From NCBI GenBank assembly GCA_046350615.1, contig JAXMAA010000001.1, positions 268,263 through 332,262 on the forward strand: DNA of 64,000 bases, given 5' to 3'. Below are positions 18,139 to 29,201 of this stretch, in pieces. Positions within the stretch are counted from its first letter, which is position 1; every line of letters starts with the position of its first letter. The position numbers and the translations under genes are program-made. The DNA comes from Candidatus Saccharimonadales bacterium. GTDB lineage: Bacteria > Patescibacteriota > Saccharimonadia > Saccharimonadales > UBA7683. Below the pieces are notes generated by a model that saw nothing but the letters and a program-made list of their open reading frames with translations, was not told where the DNA came from and did no database searches.

Positions 18139-18576
18139 CTAGGCTCCAGTGCTGCCAAACTTACCTTGACCCCGCATGGTTGCAGTATTAATCTCATGCG
18201 CTTCCTGCCACTCAATTTTTTCGTAGCGAGCAACAACAAGCTGTGCAATACGCATACCAGGTTCAATCACAAAGTCCGTATCACTCCAGTTTATCAATAT
18301 AACTGATATCTCTCCGCGGTAATCAGAATCGATGGTGCCAACGCCGTTTGCCAGTCCGATAGCGTGTTTGGCGGCCAAGCCGCTGCGTGCACGGACCTGA
18401 GCCTCGTAGCCATCTGGCAATTCAATCGCAACACCAGTGGGAATAATTGCTGTTTTGCTAGCCTGCAAGGTAACGGGGCCATCTAGGCAGGCGTGGAGAT
18501 CAACGGCGGCAGCTCCGTCGGTTTGATAAGCTGGTAATTGCGCATCATCACGAACTTTTTGTATCTTAACCTGCAT
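18139..18576 (-). CDS. dut: dUTP diphosphatase
   Basis: AAAVDLHA, PTGVAIELPDGYE, RSGLA.KH, GTIDSDYRGE and a C-terminal RGQGKFGSTG are the five dUTPase motifs. Confidence 0.95.
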   Translation of the reverse strand: MQVKIQKVRDDAQLPAYQTDGAAAVDLHACLDGPVTLQASKTAIIPTGVAIELPDGYEAQVRARSGLAAKHAIGLANGVGTIDSDYRGEISVILINWSDTDFVIEPGMRIAQLVVARYEKIEWQEAHEINTATMRGQGKFGSTGA

Positions 18577-18606
18577 AATGTTCTAGTTTATCATGAGAGG
18601 CATCGC

Positions 18607-19101
18607 TCACGCATAGATACCACTTAGCTCATTGCGAACACGCATCAATATAAGGCCAAGATGATTCTCGCCGTCAGTACTACCTATTGGGTCTACACCC
18701 CAGAACCGATCACCCCAATCATTACCTTCAACTAGCTCTTCGACACCGGTCTGAGCAAGTAATAATGCGATGTCGTGATTGGCTGCGAATTTCCGCTTCA
18801 CCGCCTCGTACATTAAATCAAGCTTTGCGTTTGGCCAGTCTGGGAGCTGCTCTTCACCGGAATCTACGAGCTTTCGTGCGAAACTTTTAACTGCCTTTCC
18901 ATTCGCATACCAAGAGGCATCGCTCGGCTCGGCACGAATCTCAGCGACTTCACGTTGGACATCAGGATCAACAAATCGGCCCGACATATACACATGCTCA
19001 GAAGTAGGAACTTGAATACCGCAAAGTGCCAAGATTGGTACCTTCAGTGGGTACATATTACTGAGGTAAAAATGCTCACCCCGAAAACGTTCGATTGTCA
19101 T
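18607..19101 (-). CDS. NADAR (YbiA-like) domain protein
   Basis: N-terminal FRGEHFYLSNMYP matches the DUF1768/NADAR signature (FxGxYxFLSNF). Confidence 0.65.
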   Translation of the reverse strand: MTIERFRGEHFYLSNMYPLKVPILALCGIQVPTSEHVYMSGRFVDPDVQREVAEIRAEPSDASWYANGKAVKSFARKLVDSGEEQLPDWPNAKLDLMYEAVKRKFAANHDIALLLAQTGVEELVEGNDWGDRFWGVDPIGSTDGENHLGLILMRVRNELSGIYA

Positions 19102-21899
19102 AAATCACCCCAAGTTTTGCCGGATTTTACATCTACTTTTAATTTTACAGGGAGTTTGGTGTAAATATTTTCCATGATTTCAATTAGAAGCTTCTCTACT
19201 TCTTCAGTTTGTGATTCTTTGCACTCAACAATGATTGAATCGTGAATCTGCAGCAACTGACGCGGAGCGTCATCCTCAGCTTGACTGGGGATCTCGTTAG
19301 TATTGGCACGAGATCCCCGATCAAGCCGGGAATGACGGCTACCCATACCCATCAGTTTTTTATCTACTTCGATCATTGCTAGCTTCATTAAGTCCGCCTC
19401 TGTACCCTGAATTGGCATGTTCATAGCTGCCCGTTCTGCACTTGAGCGAACAATAAAATTACTCGATGTAATATCTGGCATCGGTCGCCGCCTACCAAAT
19501 AACGTCTCGACATAGCCTTTACTCTTGGCTGTTTCAATCAATTCAGCCGTGTAGTCAAACAGGGGTTTTCGTAGTTCTTTGTACCGAGTGAGAAACTCTT
19601 TGGCTTCATTTAAATTCATGCCGGTAGCCACACTTAAGCCGTGAGTGCTCATACCGTATAAAATGCCGAAGTTAATTACCTTGGCGTGTCGGCGTTGATC
19701 TGGAGTGACCTCGTGCGGCTTGATACCGTATACCTGCGCAGCTGTGGCGGTGTGAATATCGGCATCTTGATTGAACAGCTCAATAAGTTCTGTATCACCA
19801 GCCATAGCCGCCGCAAGTCGCAGTTCAAATTGGCTGTAATCGGCACTAACCAGCACATTGCCCTCCCCAGCTCTGAAGGCCTTGCGAATTTTTTTACCGA
19901 TTTCAGTGCGCACCGGGATGTTTTGTAGGTTTGGCTCGGCAGATGAAAGCCGACCGGTTTGTGCAATAGTCAGACGAAAATCGGTATGCAAACGTGAATG
20001 TTGATCAATCAGCTTCGGCAAGGCATCAACATAGGTAGACTTCAGCTTGGTATATTCACGGTACTGTGTAATCAAATTAATGATGGGATGCGACCAACGC
20101 AGTTTATCAAGCTCATTGGCAGCCGTAGAATAGCCAGTCTTGCCCTTCTTCACGCCTTGAGTTGGTAGCTTCAGATCTTCAAACAATACTTTCGCAAGTT
20201 GCGAAGGCGAGCTGATGTTAAATTCTTGGTTAGCATGGCCATACACCTCTTGTTCAATGTCAGAGATGATACCCTCAAACTCTTCACTCATTTTGGCCAA
20301 GTATGGAGCATCGAGCTCAATGCCCGCCACCTCCATACGAGCCAAAACTGAAATAATTGGCCACTCAACTTCTTCAGCCAATTTAATCAGACCGGTCAGT
20401 TCGCTCATTTGTTCACCTTGTTGATGAGCGAGGTGCGAAATAACCGCACTCAACGTGGCAGCCTTGGCGATTAACTCCTGCGAATCGATATTATCAAGTT
20501 CGGTTTCCACCCCAAGATCTCGTGCCGCCATCTCAGTTAAACTAGTCTCTCGCTGCAAGCTGTTGATTAAAAAACCGCCAATGAGCGTATCGTGTGCAAT
20601 CTGCGGTAGCACGCTGTCATCCTGAACTTGTTTCAGGATCCGTTTTGAGTCGTTGGTAGATTCTGAAACAAGTTCAGGATGACGTGCCAAGAGCAGCATT
20701 TTGAACACGTGTTTAAGGTCGTGGCCGATAACACTTTTTGGCTTGAAGTGACTGAGAACAGCCGGTAAATCATTGCCGAGCTGCTCGGCATCAAGCACGA
20801 AAACCGCCTTCTCATGCGCCAGAATAAACAGTTGTGGCTGGCTGCCAAGTGCATCGCTTGAGCGACCATACAACACAACCTCTGCTTTACCGTTCAGAGC
20901 TGCTAACTTCTCGGCATCCGAGACTGACGTAATATGTTGCACACTGCCAAGCTTCAGATCAGAAAAACCGGCCGCCGCCTGCTCCTCCTCGCCATCATCA
21001 TGATTCTGCATATGTTCTGGCAAGTTACGCAGCAAGCTTCTAAATTCAAATTTTTTAAGAAGAGTCTTGAGCTTGGCAGTATCGAGATCGTTCACGTCCA
21101 TATCCGGGAGATCAAGCTCAACTGGTGCGTCATCATAGAGCTCGGCCACCTCTTTGCTCATATATGCCGAGGCACGGCCGGCTTCCAGTTTTTTTGCAAG
21201 CGTTGGTTTAATGTGCTCGAGATTTTCGTAAACATGGGCAAGCGTGCCGTATTCTCGTAAAAGTTCGGCGGCAGTCTTCTCGCCAACCCCTGGTACACCA
21301 GGAATATTATCAGAACTATCGCCTTTCAAGCTTTTTAAATCCAGAAATTGCTCTTTTTTAATACCGTACTTGTCCTCGAACGCTGCGATATCAAACCGCT
21401 CGATGTTACTAAAACCCTTCTTGAGAGCGTAAACTTGCGTGTGCTCGCCAACACTCTGCAGGGCATCAAGATCTGAGGTAATAAGCATTGTTTCAAGCCC
21501 GGCTTTATCAGCCTTTAGGGCAAGGGTGTGCATGATATCATCAGCCTCGTAATCGTCAAACTCATAGAGCGGCCAGCTGAAAGCATCAAGCAGCTCATAG
21601 AGCAACGGAATTTGTTTATAAAAATCCTCTGGTGCTGCCTTTCGCCCAGCTTTGTACTCTGGGTGTACCGCCAAACGTCGGCGAATATTCGTTTTTGGTT
21701 TGTCCCACGCCACACAGACGTAATCTGGCTTAAGCTTCTTCAGAAGCTCTAAACTCATAGCAGCAAAGCCATACACTCCACCCGTAGGTGTACCATCTGC
21801 CATGCTTAAATTACCCATGGCATAGTAGCCACGATAAAAAACCGACTTCCCATCAATAATCGCCAGCTTCTTACGTACTTCCGTCATCATCATTGCCAA
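19098..21899 (-). CDS. polA: DNA polymerase I, with an in-frame ~30-aa insertion made of two hairpin repeats before motif C
   Basis: 5'-3' exonuclease N-terminus, 3'-5' exonuclease-like domain, polymerase motifs A (DYSQFELR) and B (RRHAKVINFGILYG), and LLQIHDSIIVE (motif C). The segment MGMGSRHSRLDRGSRANTNEIPSQAEDDAPRQ is encoded by repeat copies 19269-19336. Confidence 0.95.
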   Translation of the reverse strand: MAMMMTEVRKKLAIIDGKSVFYRGYYAMGNLSMADGTPTGGVYGFAAMSLELLKKLKPDYVCVAWDKPKTNIRRRLAVHPEYKAGRKAAPEDFYKQIPLLYELLDAFSWPLYEFDDYEADDIMHTLALKADKAGLETMLITSDLDALQSVGEHTQVYALKKGFSNIERFDIAAFEDKYGIKKEQFLDLKSLKGDSSDNIPGVPGVGEKTAAELLREYGTLAHVYENLEHIKPTLAKKLEAGRASAYMSKEVAELYDDAPVELDLPDMDVNDLDTAKLKTLLKKFEFRSLLRNLPEHMQNHDDGEEEQAAAGFSDLKLGSVQHITSVSDAEKLAALNGKAEVVLYGRSSDALGSQPQLFILAHEKAVFVLDAEQLGNDLPAVLSHFKPKSVIGHDLKHVFKMLLLARHPELVSESTNDSKRILKQVQDDSVLPQIAHDTLIGGFLINSLQRETSLTEMAARDLGVETELDNIDSQELIAKAATLSAVISHLAHQQGEQMSELTGLIKLAEEVEWPIISVLARMEVAGIELDAPYLAKMSEEFEGIISDIEQEVYGHANQEFNISSPSQLAKVLFEDLKLPTQGVKKGKTGYSTAANELDKLRWSHPIINLITQYREYTKLKSTYVDALPKLIDQHSRLHTDFRLTIAQTGRLSSAEPNLQNIPVRTEIGKKIRKAFRAGEGNVLVSADYSQFELRLAAAMAGDTELIELFNQDADIHTATAAQVYGIKPHEVTPDQRRHAKVINFGILYGMSTHGLSVATGMNLNEAKEFLTRYKELRKPLFDYTAELIETAKSKGYVETLFGRRRPMPDITSSNFIVRSSAERAAMNMPIQGTEADLMKLAMIEVDKKLMGMGSRHSRLDRGSRANTNEIPSQAEDDAPRQLLQIHDSIIVECKESQTEEVEKLLIEIMENIYTKLPVKLKVDVKSGKTWGDL
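19269..19336. repeat. Two adjacent hairpin mini-repeats in frame within polA
   Basis: gtcatcctcagcttgactggggatc (19269-19293, reverse orientation, TCAAG loop on the other strand) and gagatccccgatcaagccgggaatgac (19310-19336), followed by the conserved GG. Confidence 0.7.
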
Positions 21900-21935
21900 T
21901 CTATGGATATACTACAACATCCACCACTGCCCTCA

Positions 21936-22760
21936 TTATAACTCATCGGCTTCAAGACCAAGCCGAATAGCTGCTGACCGCATCTTACTCAGGGCAGCAT
22001 CTCTATGCCTGCGTATCATTTCACCTGTCAACCCCTCTCTTTCACCTATAGCTCGAAGCGAAGACGGTGCTTCGCCATCTAGCCCAAAAGATGCCACAAC
22101 GATCCGTTCTTGGCGTGGGTCAAGGCCAGCTCTACTCAAGAGCGACCTGGCAACCTCAGTAATTTCAGCCTTTTCGTAGCCCCTGTTAGACTGCGGATCA
22201 GATACAGTATCTAGTAACGACGCATCACCATCACTAATGGGGGAATCGTACGATACAACGCCAAGCGCAGCTTGAACACTGCGGTTGCCCGTTTGGCGAA
22301 TTCTATGAACGGGTACACGGATAAGACTACCTTTTGTGTCAATTGCCCGTCCTACTGCCTGTCGGATCCAGAAGGTAGCATAGGTCGAAAACTTAAAGCC
22401 CCTGCGCCAATCAAACTTCTCCACAGCATGTTCAAGACCAATATTACCCTCTTGTATAAGGTCGATCATCTCGAGTGACCGTTGCTTAGGATATTTTTTT
22501 GCAACACTTACAACTAATCTTAAATTTGCATTGATGAAATGTTTGCGCGCGGCAATCCCCTCAAGAAACATCTGATCATAGGCTTCTCTGTCCTGAATGT
22601 CAAGATCGGGGTCCTGAAGTGTCCGCCACGCATCGCGACCTATTTCAATTTTTTTCGCGAGTATTACTTCCTCATCAGCCGTCAGCAACTCATACCTACC
22701 GATGTCATCAAGATAGGTTCTCAGAGGATCAACAAAATTGGTTTGGTTTTCATGACCCAT
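21936..22760 (-). CDS. Sigma-70 family RNA polymerase sigma factor (alternative, group 2/3-like)
   Basis: Region 2 ([15 protein letters not shown]), region 3, and region 4 with an HTH ([28 protein letters not shown]). The preferred start is ATG 22760 (MGHENQ). Confidence 0.8.
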   Translation of the reverse strand: MGHENQTNFVDPLRTYLDDIGRYELLTADEEVILAKKIEIGRDAWRTLQDPDLDIQDREAYDQMFLEGIAARKHFINANLRLVVSVAKKYPKQRSLEMIDLIQEGNIGLEHAVEKFDWRRGFKFSTYATFWIRQAVGRAIDTKGSLIRVPVHRIRQTGNRSVQAALGVVSYDSPISDGDASLLDTVSDPQSNRGYEKAEITEVARSLLSRAGLDPRQERIVVASFGLDGEAPSSLRAIGEREGLTGEMIRRHRDAALSKMRSAAIRLGLEADEL

Positions 22761-22841
22761 GAAGTACCAGCATAGATGCAGATCAAGCAAGTTGCAACCA
22801 CAAGCGTGTACAGACCGGCATCATCTGTCATAATAAGAGCA

Positions 22842-25607
22842 ATGGATAAGCACAAGCCAAATGGTTCGGCATCTTCTGTCGCATACCAGCGTGAGACCGC
22901 TGAGGTGTTGAGCGATTTTAAAAGTGCGCAAGCTGGTCTTTCGGAAGCAGCGGCCGGAAAGCGCCTTAATCAATACGGCACCAATACATTAGAAGTTGGC
23001 AAATCAGACCCTGCGTGGCTGAAATATCTTCGGCAATATAAAGATCTTATGATTGGTCTGCTTGTGATAAGTGCGGCCTTATCATTCTATCTTGGAGATC
23101 GGCGAACGAGCTATGTGCTGTTGGCCATTGTGCTATTTAATACAACTCTTGGGTTTTTGCAGGAGTTCAAGGCCGAACGAATCATGCAAGCACTCGAAAA
23201 GTTGGTCAAGCCAGAGGCTCAGGTGTATCGAGATGGAAAATTAACGCAAGCAGAATCGGCGCAACTGGTGCCTGGTGATATCGTACATATCGCCGAAGGA
23301 GATTGGGTACCTGCAGATCTGCGCCTACTAGAAGAGCAAGAACTCAGCACCAACGATTTTGCACTCACTGGCGAAAGTAACCCCAGCCGCAAATTTACGC
23401 ACGCAATAAAAGGAACCGTGGAACTTTCAGAACGCCACAATCTGGTATTTATGGGAACGACCGTCGCCACTGGCGAGGCACACGGCATTGTAATTGCCAC
23501 CGGTATGCATACCGAGCTTGGGCGCATTGCAAATCTAAGTAGTAATACTCCCCGAGAGGTAAGTCCTCTCCAGAGAGAAATGAATAATATTGCCACACGT
23601 ATTACCATTGGAGTGGTAATACTTTGTGCAGCACTACTGCCCCTGATTTTGAAGAGTGGTAACCTTACCTTCAAAGATGCCTTCTTGTTTGCTATCGGCT
23701 TTGCTAGTTCACTCATACCCCAAGGACTACCGGCGGAAATCAACACGGCACTTGCCCAAGCCGCCAACAAGTTAGCCCATGCTAAAGCACTGGTGAAGAA
23801 ACTCTCTGCTGTTGAAACACTTGGTGCTACGCACATTATTTGCACCGATAAAACTGGTACGCTTACCAAAAATCAGATGACAGTTGAACGAGTTAGTATT
23901 GGCCATGAGATCTTTTTAGTAGAAGGCAGCGGCTATGAGGCACACGGCAGAATTACCGACCCAAATGGCAAGGCGCTCAGCAACGAACAACTGAACCAGT
24001 TCGCATATTTTTTTCAATGCGGCGCATATGCTAGCAACGCTCGAGTTCTGCCGCCAGATAGTGAACACGCCAGCTGGTATTGTTTGGGAGATCCAACAGA
24101 AGGCGCTTTGATAACGCTTGCTCGTAAATCCGGGCTTGACCTTGAGCAGCTTGAGGCAGAGAGTCCCGAGCTAAGAGAGTTTACCTTTGATTCCGTACGC
24201 AAGCGCATGAGTTCTATCCGTAACGTAGATGGCCAACTAACCGTACACGTTAAAGGCGCACCTGAGAGCGTGCTCAAACGTTGCACCCATATTTTTGAAA
24301 ATGGCAAAACACGCAAACTCACTACAAGCGACCGTGCCTGGTACCAAAAACAGCATGAACAGCTTGCTGGTAGCGCCATGCGAAATCTTGTATACGCCAG
24401 CAAAATACTCAAAGAGGCAGCAGACCCACGCACAATTACCATGGATGAGGCAGAATCCGAACTTACCTTGCTTGGTATGGTCAGTATTGTCGATCCGCTA
24501 CGCGAGGAGGTTCCAGATGCCATGCAGGCCGCACATCAGGCGCACATTCGAGTAAACGTTATTACTGGTGATTTTGCCCTCACAGCCGAAGCAATCGCTC
24601 GAAAAGCTGGGCTTGCTGGTAAAGATGAACATCTAGTGGTTATTCCTGGTAATGAGCTAAAGAATATGGCCGATGCCGAAATCTTCAAGCACGTCCGCGC
24701 TGGCGGTACCATTTTTAGCCGAGTCAGTCCTGAAGATAAAATGCGTATTGTAGAGATCGTCCGGCAGGCGCAAGAAATTATCGCAGTCACCGGTGATGGC
24801 ATTAACGATGCGCCTGCCCTAAAACGCGCCGACATTGGCGTAGCCATGGGAGTAACCGGCACTGATGTTGCGAAACAATCGGCAGAAATTGTGCTGCTCG
24901 ATGACAGTTTCCACACCCTAGTGCGAGCCGTACAGGCTGGGCGTACCATCTTTGCAAATATTAAGAAAGGCACACTCAGTTGCTTCACCAGCAACACTGC
25001 CGAACTCTTTACTAATCTTGCCAGCCTCGGTGCACTCAGTCTCTTTGGTATTCCCCTTGCCATTGGCGTGATGCAAATTTTAGCAATTGATTTAGTAGCC
25101 GAGCTCTTCCCTATTGCGGCGCTTGGCTGGGACCCCGCAGAAGGCGAACTAATGAGCGAGAAACCGCGAGATCCCAAGCAGCATATCTTAAATCGGCGTT
25201 CCATTGTTGATTTATTATGGTGCGGCTTGATTATCGGCAGCCTGGCCTTCACTAACTATCTTTTGTTCTTCCATCGTGCTGGCATGCAACCACGCAGCGC
25301 TGATACAAACAGCCTCCCATACCTGCAAGCTACCACCGTAACGTATCTCACTATTGTGTGTTGTCAGCTCATTAATATCATGCAACGTCGCTCGATCAAA
25401 GGTTTCTTCTCACGCTACCAGTTCACCAATTGGCACTTTTGGGCAGCCATTGCTCTGTCACTCAGCTGTGTAATGGCCATCATCTATTCGCCCATCAACC
25501 AATACTTCAAAACAGGCCCACTTGGTATAGTCGACTGGCTCTATGCACTTGGCGCTGCAGCCATATTTTTAGCAATCCGAGAAGTACAACGGCTCATTAA
25601 AAAATAG
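22842..25607 (+). CDS. P-type cation-transporting ATPase (P2-type, Ca2+/Mg2+-like)
   Basis: ICTDKTGTLT phosphorylation motif, VTGDGINDAPALKRADIGVAMG hinge, TGES and ten predicted transmembrane segments. The preferred start is ATG 22842 (MDKHKPNG...ETAEVL); the 22776 start would overlap the divergent sigma gene. Confidence 0.9.
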   Translation: MDKHKPNGSASSVAYQRETAEVLSDFKSAQAGLSEAAAGKRLNQYGTNTLEVGKSDPAWLKYLRQYKDLMIGLLVISAALSFYLGDRRTSYVLLAIVLFNTTLGFLQEFKAERIMQALEKLVKPEAQVYRDGKLTQAESAQLVPGDIVHIAEGDWVPADLRLLEEQELSTNDFALTGESNPSRKFTHAIKGTVELSERHNLVFMGTTVATGEAHGIVIATGMHTELGRIANLSSNTPREVSPLQREMNNIATRITIGVVILCAALLPLILKSGNLTFKDAFLFAIGFASSLIPQGLPAEINTALAQAANKLAHAKALVKKLSAVETLGATHIICTDKTGTLTKNQMTVERVSIGHEIFLVEGSGYEAHGRITDPNGKALSNEQLNQFAYFFQCGAYASNARVLPPDSEHASWYCLGDPTEGALITLARKSGLDLEQLEAESPELREFTFDSVRKRMSSIRNVDGQLTVHVKGAPESVLKRCTHIFENGKTRKLTTSDRAWYQKQHEQLAGSAMRNLVYASKILKEAADPRTITMDEAESELTLLGMVSIVDPLREEVPDAMQAAHQAHIRVNVITGDFALTAEAIARKAGLAGKDEHLVVIPGNELKNMADAEIFKHVRAGGTIFSRVSPEDKMRIVEIVRQAQEIIAVTGDGINDAPALKRADIGVAMGVTGTDVAKQSAEIVLLDDSFHTLVRAVQAGRTIFANIKKGTLSCFTSNTAELFTNLASLGALSLFGIPLAIGVMQILAIDLVAELFPIAALGWDPAEGELMSEKPRDPKQHILNRRSIVDLLWCGLIIGSLAFTNYLLFFHRAGMQPRSADTNSLPYLQATTVTYLTIVCCQLINIMQRRSIKGFFSRYQFTNWHFWAAIALSLSCVMAIIYSPINQYFKTGPLGIVDWLYALGAAAIFLAIREVQRLIKK

Positions 25608-25683
25608 CTGGTAGAGTAGAGATCTTAATTCTCGGATCTTAGTTTGAATAAGTAAGGAATTCGAAAGAAGGGCTGTTTTTGTT

Positions 25684-26253
25684 TTACAGACCAAGTGCAG
25701 CAACTGCTTCTTCCAGAAAACTTTCCATATCTTTATCATTATCAAGAACCAAATCGGTTCGAGCCTTGATACCAGCAATGCTAAATTCGCTATTCACTTT
25801 ACCATTTTCGGCTGCTTCGCGCTCTAAAAATTCTTCAAACGTGTTGAGCTTTTCGTTATCTCGTGCACGGCTAATACTTCGTTCGTACCGCAGACGTTCG
25901 GGAGCATCAGTGAATACAATTAGCCCCCCCGCATTCTGCACCACCTCTGCTTCTGCCCATGCGCGAAAACCGCTTACACAAATACCTCCTGGATATTTTT
26001 CCCTATACGAGGCGTACCGCTCAAGCGCAATCTCACTGAGCACTCCCGCTCCGCGCGCCTCCCGTAGTTCGTTCGCAGTTTTGTATAAGATCGGCCGTTC
26101 AATTGAACCGTATTTTTCCTGAGCAAACTCACGAACAATATCGCTCGTCGAGATATGTTTAATCTGATACTTTTCTTCTAAAAATCTCGCGAGACTGTCT
26201 TTGCCGCTCGCAAATGTTCCTGCCAAACCAATAATTTTAGGAGAGGTACTCAT
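25684..26253 (-). CDS. P-loop nucleotide/nucleoside kinase-like protein (CoaE/adenylate-kinase fold)
   Basis: Walker [15 protein letters not shown] lies close to the N-terminus. It is the last gene of the dnaG-rpoD cluster and overlaps the rpoD stop by 17 nt. Confidence 0.55.
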   Translation of the reverse strand: MSTSPKIIGLAGTFASGKDSLARFLEEKYQIKHISTSDIVREFAQEKYGSIERPILYKTANELREARGAGVLSEIALERYASYREKYPGGICVSGFRAWAEAEVVQNAGGLIVFTDAPERLRYERSISRARDNEKLNTFEEFLEREAAENGKVNSEFSIAGIKARTDLVLDNDKDMESFLEEAVAALGL

Positions 26254-27373
26254 AGAGTTTCTTCGCATCTTTATGTTTACGTAGTTTAGCCAAAGCTTTG
26301 GCTTCAATCTGGCGAATACGTTCGCGGGTCACGGCAAACTCATGGCCAACTTCTTCAAGCGTGTGGTTTTTGCCATCTTCTAGCCCAAAACGCATTTTAA
26401 TAATCTTCAGTTCTCGTTCAGAGAGTGCTGATTGTAAAATGCCCTGTACCTGCTCTTTCAAAAGTTGCTCTGTAGCCGCCTCGTCGGGGCTTTTTGTATC
26501 CTCGTCTTCAATAAAATCACCCAGCACAGAATCTTCTTCATCATCACGGACAGCAGCATCAAGCGAATTGACATCTTGCTTAATCTTCATAACGTATTCA
26601 ACCTTTTCCGGTTCCATCTCGAGCTCTTTAGCCAACTCATCAATGGTTGGCTCGCGGTTCAGCTCTTGAGTCATGCGGCGCTGGGTACGGAGTAACTTAT
26701 TGATAGTTTCTACCATGTGCACAGGAATACGAATCACACGGGCTTGATCAGCAATAGCTCGTGTAATAGCCTGACGGATCCACCAGGTAGCGTAGGTAGA
26801 AAATTTAAAGCCTTTTGAAGGATCAAACTTTTCTACGGCACGCAGCAAGCCAGTGTTGCCCTCTTGAATAAGATCTAAGAAATCCAGGCCACGGCCAGAA
26901 TATCTCTTAGCAATCGAGACAACCAGACGCATATTTGCCTCGGCCATTTGATCTTTGGCTCGTTTATCGCCAGACACAACTTTATTTGCCAGTGCCAGCT
27001 CTTCTTCAGCTGTTAGTAGTGGGATCTTACCGATCTCACGCAGATACAAACGCACTGAATCATCAGAGATATCGTCGAGGTAGCTGGTATCCTGCTCGGC
27101 CAAAAGAGCCTCTTCGTCTTCTTCGGTTGTTGCCCAAATGTCATCATCACCAGGCTCATCTTTAGTTGTCACAGCCACCTTTTCGGCCGCAAGCTTGGTA
27201 TAAATTGCCTCTAAGCTATCGTAGAGACCCGATTCTTCCACCGCATCTAGCACATCTTGTTGCTCGAGCATGCCTTGATTTGTGCCTGCCTTTTTTGTCA
27301 GCTGCGCCACAAGTTCAGTCACTTTTGTATCATTATCAGCCTGTTGAGCTGCAGTCAGTTCTTTTTTTGCCAC
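26237..27373 (-). CDS. rpoD: Primary RNA polymerase sigma factor
   Basis: [16 protein letters not shown] (region 1.2), [54 protein letters not shown] (region 2), and regions 3-4 with [24 protein letters not shown]. Confidence 0.92.
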   Translation of the reverse strand: MAKKELTAAQQADNDTKVTELVAQLTKKAGTNQGMLEQQDVLDAVEESGLYDSLEAIYTKLAAEKVAVTTKDEPGDDDIWATTEEDEEALLAEQDTSYLDDISDDSVRLYLREIGKIPLLTAEEELALANKVVSGDKRAKDQMAEANMRLVVSIAKRYSGRGLDFLDLIQEGNTGLLRAVEKFDPSKGFKFSTYATWWIRQAITRAIADQARVIRIPVHMVETINKLLRTQRRMTQELNREPTIDELAKELEMEPEKVEYVMKIKQDVNSLDAAVRDDEEDSVLGDFIEDEDTKSPDEAATEQLLKEQVQGILQSALSERELKIIKMRFGLEDGKNHTLEEVGHEFAVTRERIRQIEAKALAKLRKHKDAKKLYEYLS

Positions 27374-27375
27374 AA

Positions 27376-29118
27376 TTAATCCCCTTTTAATAGTTCTTGA
27401 TACTGCTTGAGGAGCTCACCTGCCAAAACGCTATCACCTTTATCTTCAGCATCACGAATGGCGGCCGTCAGCTCATTTTTATCTTTTTCTTTGCTGTGTT
27501 TGCTAATGCGCCGTGCCAGGGCCATTACTTCAGCCATTAAATCGGCTGGGGTCCAACTGGCATATTTTTCCTCGGCGGTTAATAGCAGTATTTTACCATA
27601 GTCCTCATCTGTTTTCAATATTGCGAGCTGCTCAGATGTTAAGCGTTCGTGTTCAGGAAGTTGTTGCAGCACTTGGTAAATCGCTTGACGCTGTTCGCCC
27701 ACTAGCGCTGAAACGGAAAATTGCCTTAAACTATCACGCACCTCCGGAAACTGTGCATTGAGCGCCAAAAAGTCATCTTGATACGAGGTTTGATCGGGTG
27801 CAACAAGCTGCGTATGTGTAGTTTTTTTTGCCCGTACCTTTGGTTGAGTCTGGCGCAGTTTCACCATCAAAGATTGCACCGACACATCAAGTTGCCGGGC
27901 AAGCCGTTTCAGGTGATGCTCCTGCTCAACCGGATCATGCAGACCGTGAATGACAGCCAAGGCCTTAGTTGAAAGATGGCGCTTACCTTCAGCAGTTGTT
28001 GCGTCATGGGCACTCTCGTAACGCTTGAGCGTCCAACTCACTGCATCGGTAGCAGCCTCAATACACTGCCGCCAAAGTGCTGAATCATGCTGAATAAGCT
28101 CATCTGGATCTTTCGCATCACCTGGCAACACCACTACCCGAAGATCAACGCCAACTTCTTGGGCAATACCAATTGCCCGTTCCGTCGCCTTCAAGCCCGC
28201 CGCATCACCATCAAATGCCAGCGTTATATTCATTGTTAAACGACTCAGACTCCTCAGATGATCAGTAGTCATAGCAGTACCCGCAGCCGCCACCACATTC
28301 TTTACACCCGCTTGATGAGAAGCAATCACATCAAGATTGCCCTCCACCAGAACCACTCTGTCTTCAGTACGAATAGCTGGTTTGGCATGATGCAAGCCAA
28401 ACACTTGCCGACCCTTATCGTAGATCGGCGTCTGCGGCGTATTCAAATATTTCGGCCCTGCTGCGGGTCCGTCCTCCAGCACTCTCGAGGTGAAGCCAAC
28501 AATGTTTCCTTGGCCGTCTGCAAGCGGGATCATAATTCTCCCCCGAAACATATCGCCGATCCCGCCACGTCGTCGTGTTGTTAAACCAGCTTTGAGCAGT
28601 TCAGCATCGCTAAAGCCCCTCTTTTTCAAAAACGCATACAGTGCCGTACCATCCTCAGGTGAATAACCCAGCTGCCAGGTGCGAATTGTTTCAACGGTAA
28701 AACCACGAGCGTTCTTTATGTAGTCTAACGCTTTGGGTGTACGCGAAAGGCAGAGATGATAAAACTGCGCTGCCGCGATGTGCGCCGCCAAAAGCCGCTT
28801 TTTGAGTGCCGCAAGCGAGCCATCGCCTTTTTTTTGGTATTGACTGAGGTCAACATTAGCCTTGCGCGCCAGAATCTCCAGCGATTCGCGAAATTCCACA
28901 CCCTCAACTTCCATAATAAAGCTGAACATATCGCCGCCCTTATTAGATGAAAAATCATGCCAAATCTGCTTTTCAGGGCTAACCATAAAGCTCGGTGTCT
29001 TCTCGCTACTAAAGGGCGAGAGCGCTTTAAAATTGCGCCCGGCACGCTTCAGCTCAAGGTAATCACTAATCACCTCCTCAATACTCAGCCGTTGCTTAAT
29101 CTCGTCTTTAGCGTCCAT
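27376..29118 (-). CDS. dnaG: DNA primase with a degenerate (cysteine-less) zinc-binding domain
   Basis: [33 protein letters not shown] aligns to E. coli [36 protein letters not shown] with all four zinc ligands replaced. The Toprim domain ([13 protein letters not shown] ... DGDAAG) is intact. It is immediately upstream of rpoD, the conserved dnaG-rpoD order. Confidence 0.9.
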   Translation of the reverse strand: MDAKDEIKQRLSIEEVISDYLELKRAGRNFKALSPFSSEKTPSFMVSPEKQIWHDFSSNKGGDMFSFIMEVEGVEFRESLEILARKANVDLSQYQKKGDGSLAALKKRLLAAHIAAAQFYHLCLSRTPKALDYIKNARGFTVETIRTWQLGYSPEDGTALYAFLKKRGFSDAELLKAGLTTRRRGGIGDMFRGRIMIPLADGQGNIVGFTSRVLEDGPAAGPKYLNTPQTPIYDKGRQVFGLHHAKPAIRTEDRVVLVEGNLDVIASHQAGVKNVVAAAGTAMTTDHLRSLSRLTMNITLAFDGDAAGLKATERAIGIAQEVGVDLRVVVLPGDAKDPDELIQHDSALWRQCIEAATDAVSWTLKRYESAHDATTAEGKRHLSTKALAVIHGLHDPVEQEHHLKRLARQLDVSVQSLMVKLRQTQPKVRAKKTTHTQLVAPDQTSYQDDFLALNAQFPEVRDSLRQFSVSALVGEQRQAIYQVLQQLPEHERLTSEQLAILKTDEDYGKILLLTAEEKYASWTPADLMAEVMALARRISKHSKEKDKNELTAAIRDAEDKGDSVLAGELLKQYQELLKGD

Positions 29119-29201
29119 AAGGTAGATTATAGATTATGGAACTCAGATTATAGAAATACCCCTCATCATTAACCGCCAAATAACGTATAATAAAGCGTAA
29201 T

